NCBI GenBank assembly: GCA_022646745.1
Contig: CP060262.1
Span: 360,001-392,000 of the forward strand
Direction: 5' to 3'
Length of the DNA stretch: 32,000 bases
Source: Planctomycetales bacterium
GTDB lineage: Bacteria; 4484-113; JAFGCY01
This document shows, in pieces, positions 30,720 through 32,000 of the stretch. Numbering within the stretch: the stretch's first letter is position 1; each line of letters starts with the position of its first letter. The notes beneath the pieces were generated by a model, which did no database searches, was not told where the DNA came from, and saw only the letters and a program-made list of their open reading frames with translations. The translations under genes were made by a program, and so were the position numbers.

Positions 30720-31253
30720 ATGAAGATCATCACCGACATCAACGACGAGCATTTCGACATCGATATCCACGTCGACACCGCCACCGAGGAGGGTTTCCTC
30801 GCGACGGTGAACGGGCGGCAGGTGCACATGCGCATCATCGAGCACAAGCCGACCTCGCTGACGCTGTCAATCGACGGGCATGTCGGCTTCTACGAATTCC
30901 GCAAGGACAAGGGCCGGCTCGTGGAGGTGATCCACGCCAACCGCTCCTTCCGCAGCGACATGAAGAACCCGCAGCAGGACTCGCTGGAGAAGCTGCTGGA
31001 GGCGATGGGTGCCGGCATGGGCGGCGGCAGTGCGGAGACCAACGTGGTGGCGCCGATGCCGGGCAAGGTGCTTGGCGTGTCCTGCAAGCCGGGCGAGAAG
31101 GTCGAGCTCGGGCAGATCGTGCTGGTGCTTGAGGCGATGAAGATGGAGAACGAGATCGGCAGCGTCTGCGAGGGCACCGTGCGCAAGGTGAACATCAAGG
31201 CCGGGGATACGGTGGCGGTTGGCGACGTGCTGATCGAGGTGGACCCGCAGTAG
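30720..31253 (+). CDS. Biotin/lipoyl-attachment protein (BCCP-like) with a ~100-aa N-terminal beta-rich region
   Basis: 177 aa. The C-terminal 70 aa are a biotinyl domain with the EAMKMENEI biotinylation motif. The start is 8 nt after the biotin carboxylase stop. Confidence 0.85.
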   Translation: MKIITDINDEHFDIDIHVDTATEEGFLATVNGRQVHMRIIEHKPTSLTLSIDGHVGFYEFRKDKGRLVEVIHANRSFRSDMKNPQQDSLEKLLEAMGAGMGGGSAETNVVAPMPGKVLGVSCKPGEKVELGQIVLVLEAMKMENEIGSVCEGTVRKVNIKAGDTVAVGDVLIEVDPQ

Positions 31254-32000
31254 GGGGAGGCCAGACGAGAGTCTGGCAGCGGGATTCCGGTTTCGGGTTT
31301 CGGGTTTCCGGTTTCGGGGGAATAGGCTCGCATGCGCTCGGGTGGCTAGTGTGCTAGCCCGGTCAATCAGTCAAGAAGTCAAACAGTCAACCACCTGCAT
31401 CGAGCATTTCCACAAGGGCAGTTGTTGACTCTGTGACTGATTGACTATGTGACTTTTTCCATGGCCATCAAACGCTCGGGTGGCGACGAGCAAGGTATCA
31501 AAGGGATTCCTTAACGCTAAGGCGCGAAGACGCGAAGGAAGTCAAGGGAAAGCATGTTCCATCGAAAAGCTAAGTACCGGCGTTGCCCCGCAACGCCTGC
31601 ACGCGAGCGGCTGCTTCGTGCGCAATGAGTCTCGCGAGTGAGGGCAAGTTGCCAACTTCTTCTCTGTGTACTCTGTGGCTCTGTGGTCATACGAACGGGA
31701 ACATCTGCCACGAAAGCATCATGACAACAGGCATATCCCGTATTGCCACTCCCTCTGACAAGCGAACTTCGAGGCATGCACTACCAGTCGCGGCCAGGCC
31801 GCGCCGGTACAACCTTCCTTTGGGAATTCTTCTCCTTATATTCCTCCGCACTTCCGCGTCAATGAAACCAGACGGCGAGCAAGTTGTCACTCGCGCGAAT
31901 GCGCGGCTCGCTTGCGTCCGGGTGGCAACGAGGCATTCGGAGCGGTTCTGGTTAACGCTGGGTCGCTGGGACGCTGTGGAATCCAAGGAAACAATTTCCC
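31254..32000. repeat. ~750-nt non-coding mosaic running to the window edge, sharing ordered modules with 20406-21191
   Basis: Modules in order:
- hairpin CCAGAC-GAGA-GTCTGG, 31261-31276
- GGTTTCG array, 31287-31318
- hairpin GGCTAG-TGTG-CTAGCC, 31344-31359
- inverted GTCAA/TTGAC word arrays, 31362-31392 and 31421-31453
- GCTAAGGCGCGAAGACGCGAAGGAA, 31516-31540
- hairpin GGCGTTGC-CCC-GCAACGCC, 31579-31597
- CTCTGTG array, 31662-31687
- GCATGCACTACCA-hairpin-CGGTAC, 31774-31810
- CTTCTCC..TCCGCGTCAA..GGCGAGCA module, 31829-31919
The listed ORFs here have no protein-like features. Confidence 0.8.

Overview
GC-rich bacterial chromosomal window. All calls come from reading the sequence and recognising motifs; no searches were run. 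I recognised no rRNA, tRNA, CRISPR array, transposase, integrase or reverse transcriptase.

I call about 25 protein genes. Housekeeping and metabolic genes:
- rpsF-rpsR-rplI operon
- biotin carboxylase plus a biotinyl-carrier protein
- PPK2
- aldo/keto reductase
- SAM O-methyltransferase
- MFS transporter
- histidine phosphatase
- VOC/glyoxalase-fold protein
- two TlpA-like thioredoxins

These are interleaved with many large lipobox-bearing surface proteins. Three things stand out.

(1) A cohesin/dockerin-like module set sits on lipoproteins. The 16018-16815 protein has a cohesin-like domain. The 18027-20405 protein has cohesin-like plus dockerin-like plus PKD plus propeller domains. The 3623-6253 protein has a dockerin-like pair plus unknown cargo. 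Nearby are two tandem paralogous 909/938-aa lipoproteins (21810-24539 and 24613-27429). They have duplicated promoters, conserved N-terminal halves and divergent C-terminal propellers built on an Asp-box variant.

(2) Nearly every intergenic region is built from a shared vocabulary. It consists of degenerate short-word tandem arrays (period 6-9 nt, e.g. GTGGTCA, CATTGCTCA, CAGAAT/CTGCTT, GCCTTTT, GGTTTCG, CCCGCAT) and short hairpins, many with 7-8 bp stems and 3-nt loops. These are arranged as nested imperfect palindromes. Four non-coding tracts of about 0.45-0.85 kb consist largely of such modules.

(3) A low-GC gene for a four-helix-bundle protein (the 23S-rRNA-intervening-sequence / Avd family) sits between inverted GTGGTCA arrays. 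This suggests a link between the palindromic elements and IVS-like cassettes.

Smaller observations:
- a perfect 24-bp AT-rich palindrome upstream of the 876-aa gene
- apparently leaderless promoter-start arrangements
- an L9 with an 86-aa acidic tail
- a possibly split acyl-CoA carboxylase alpha subunit
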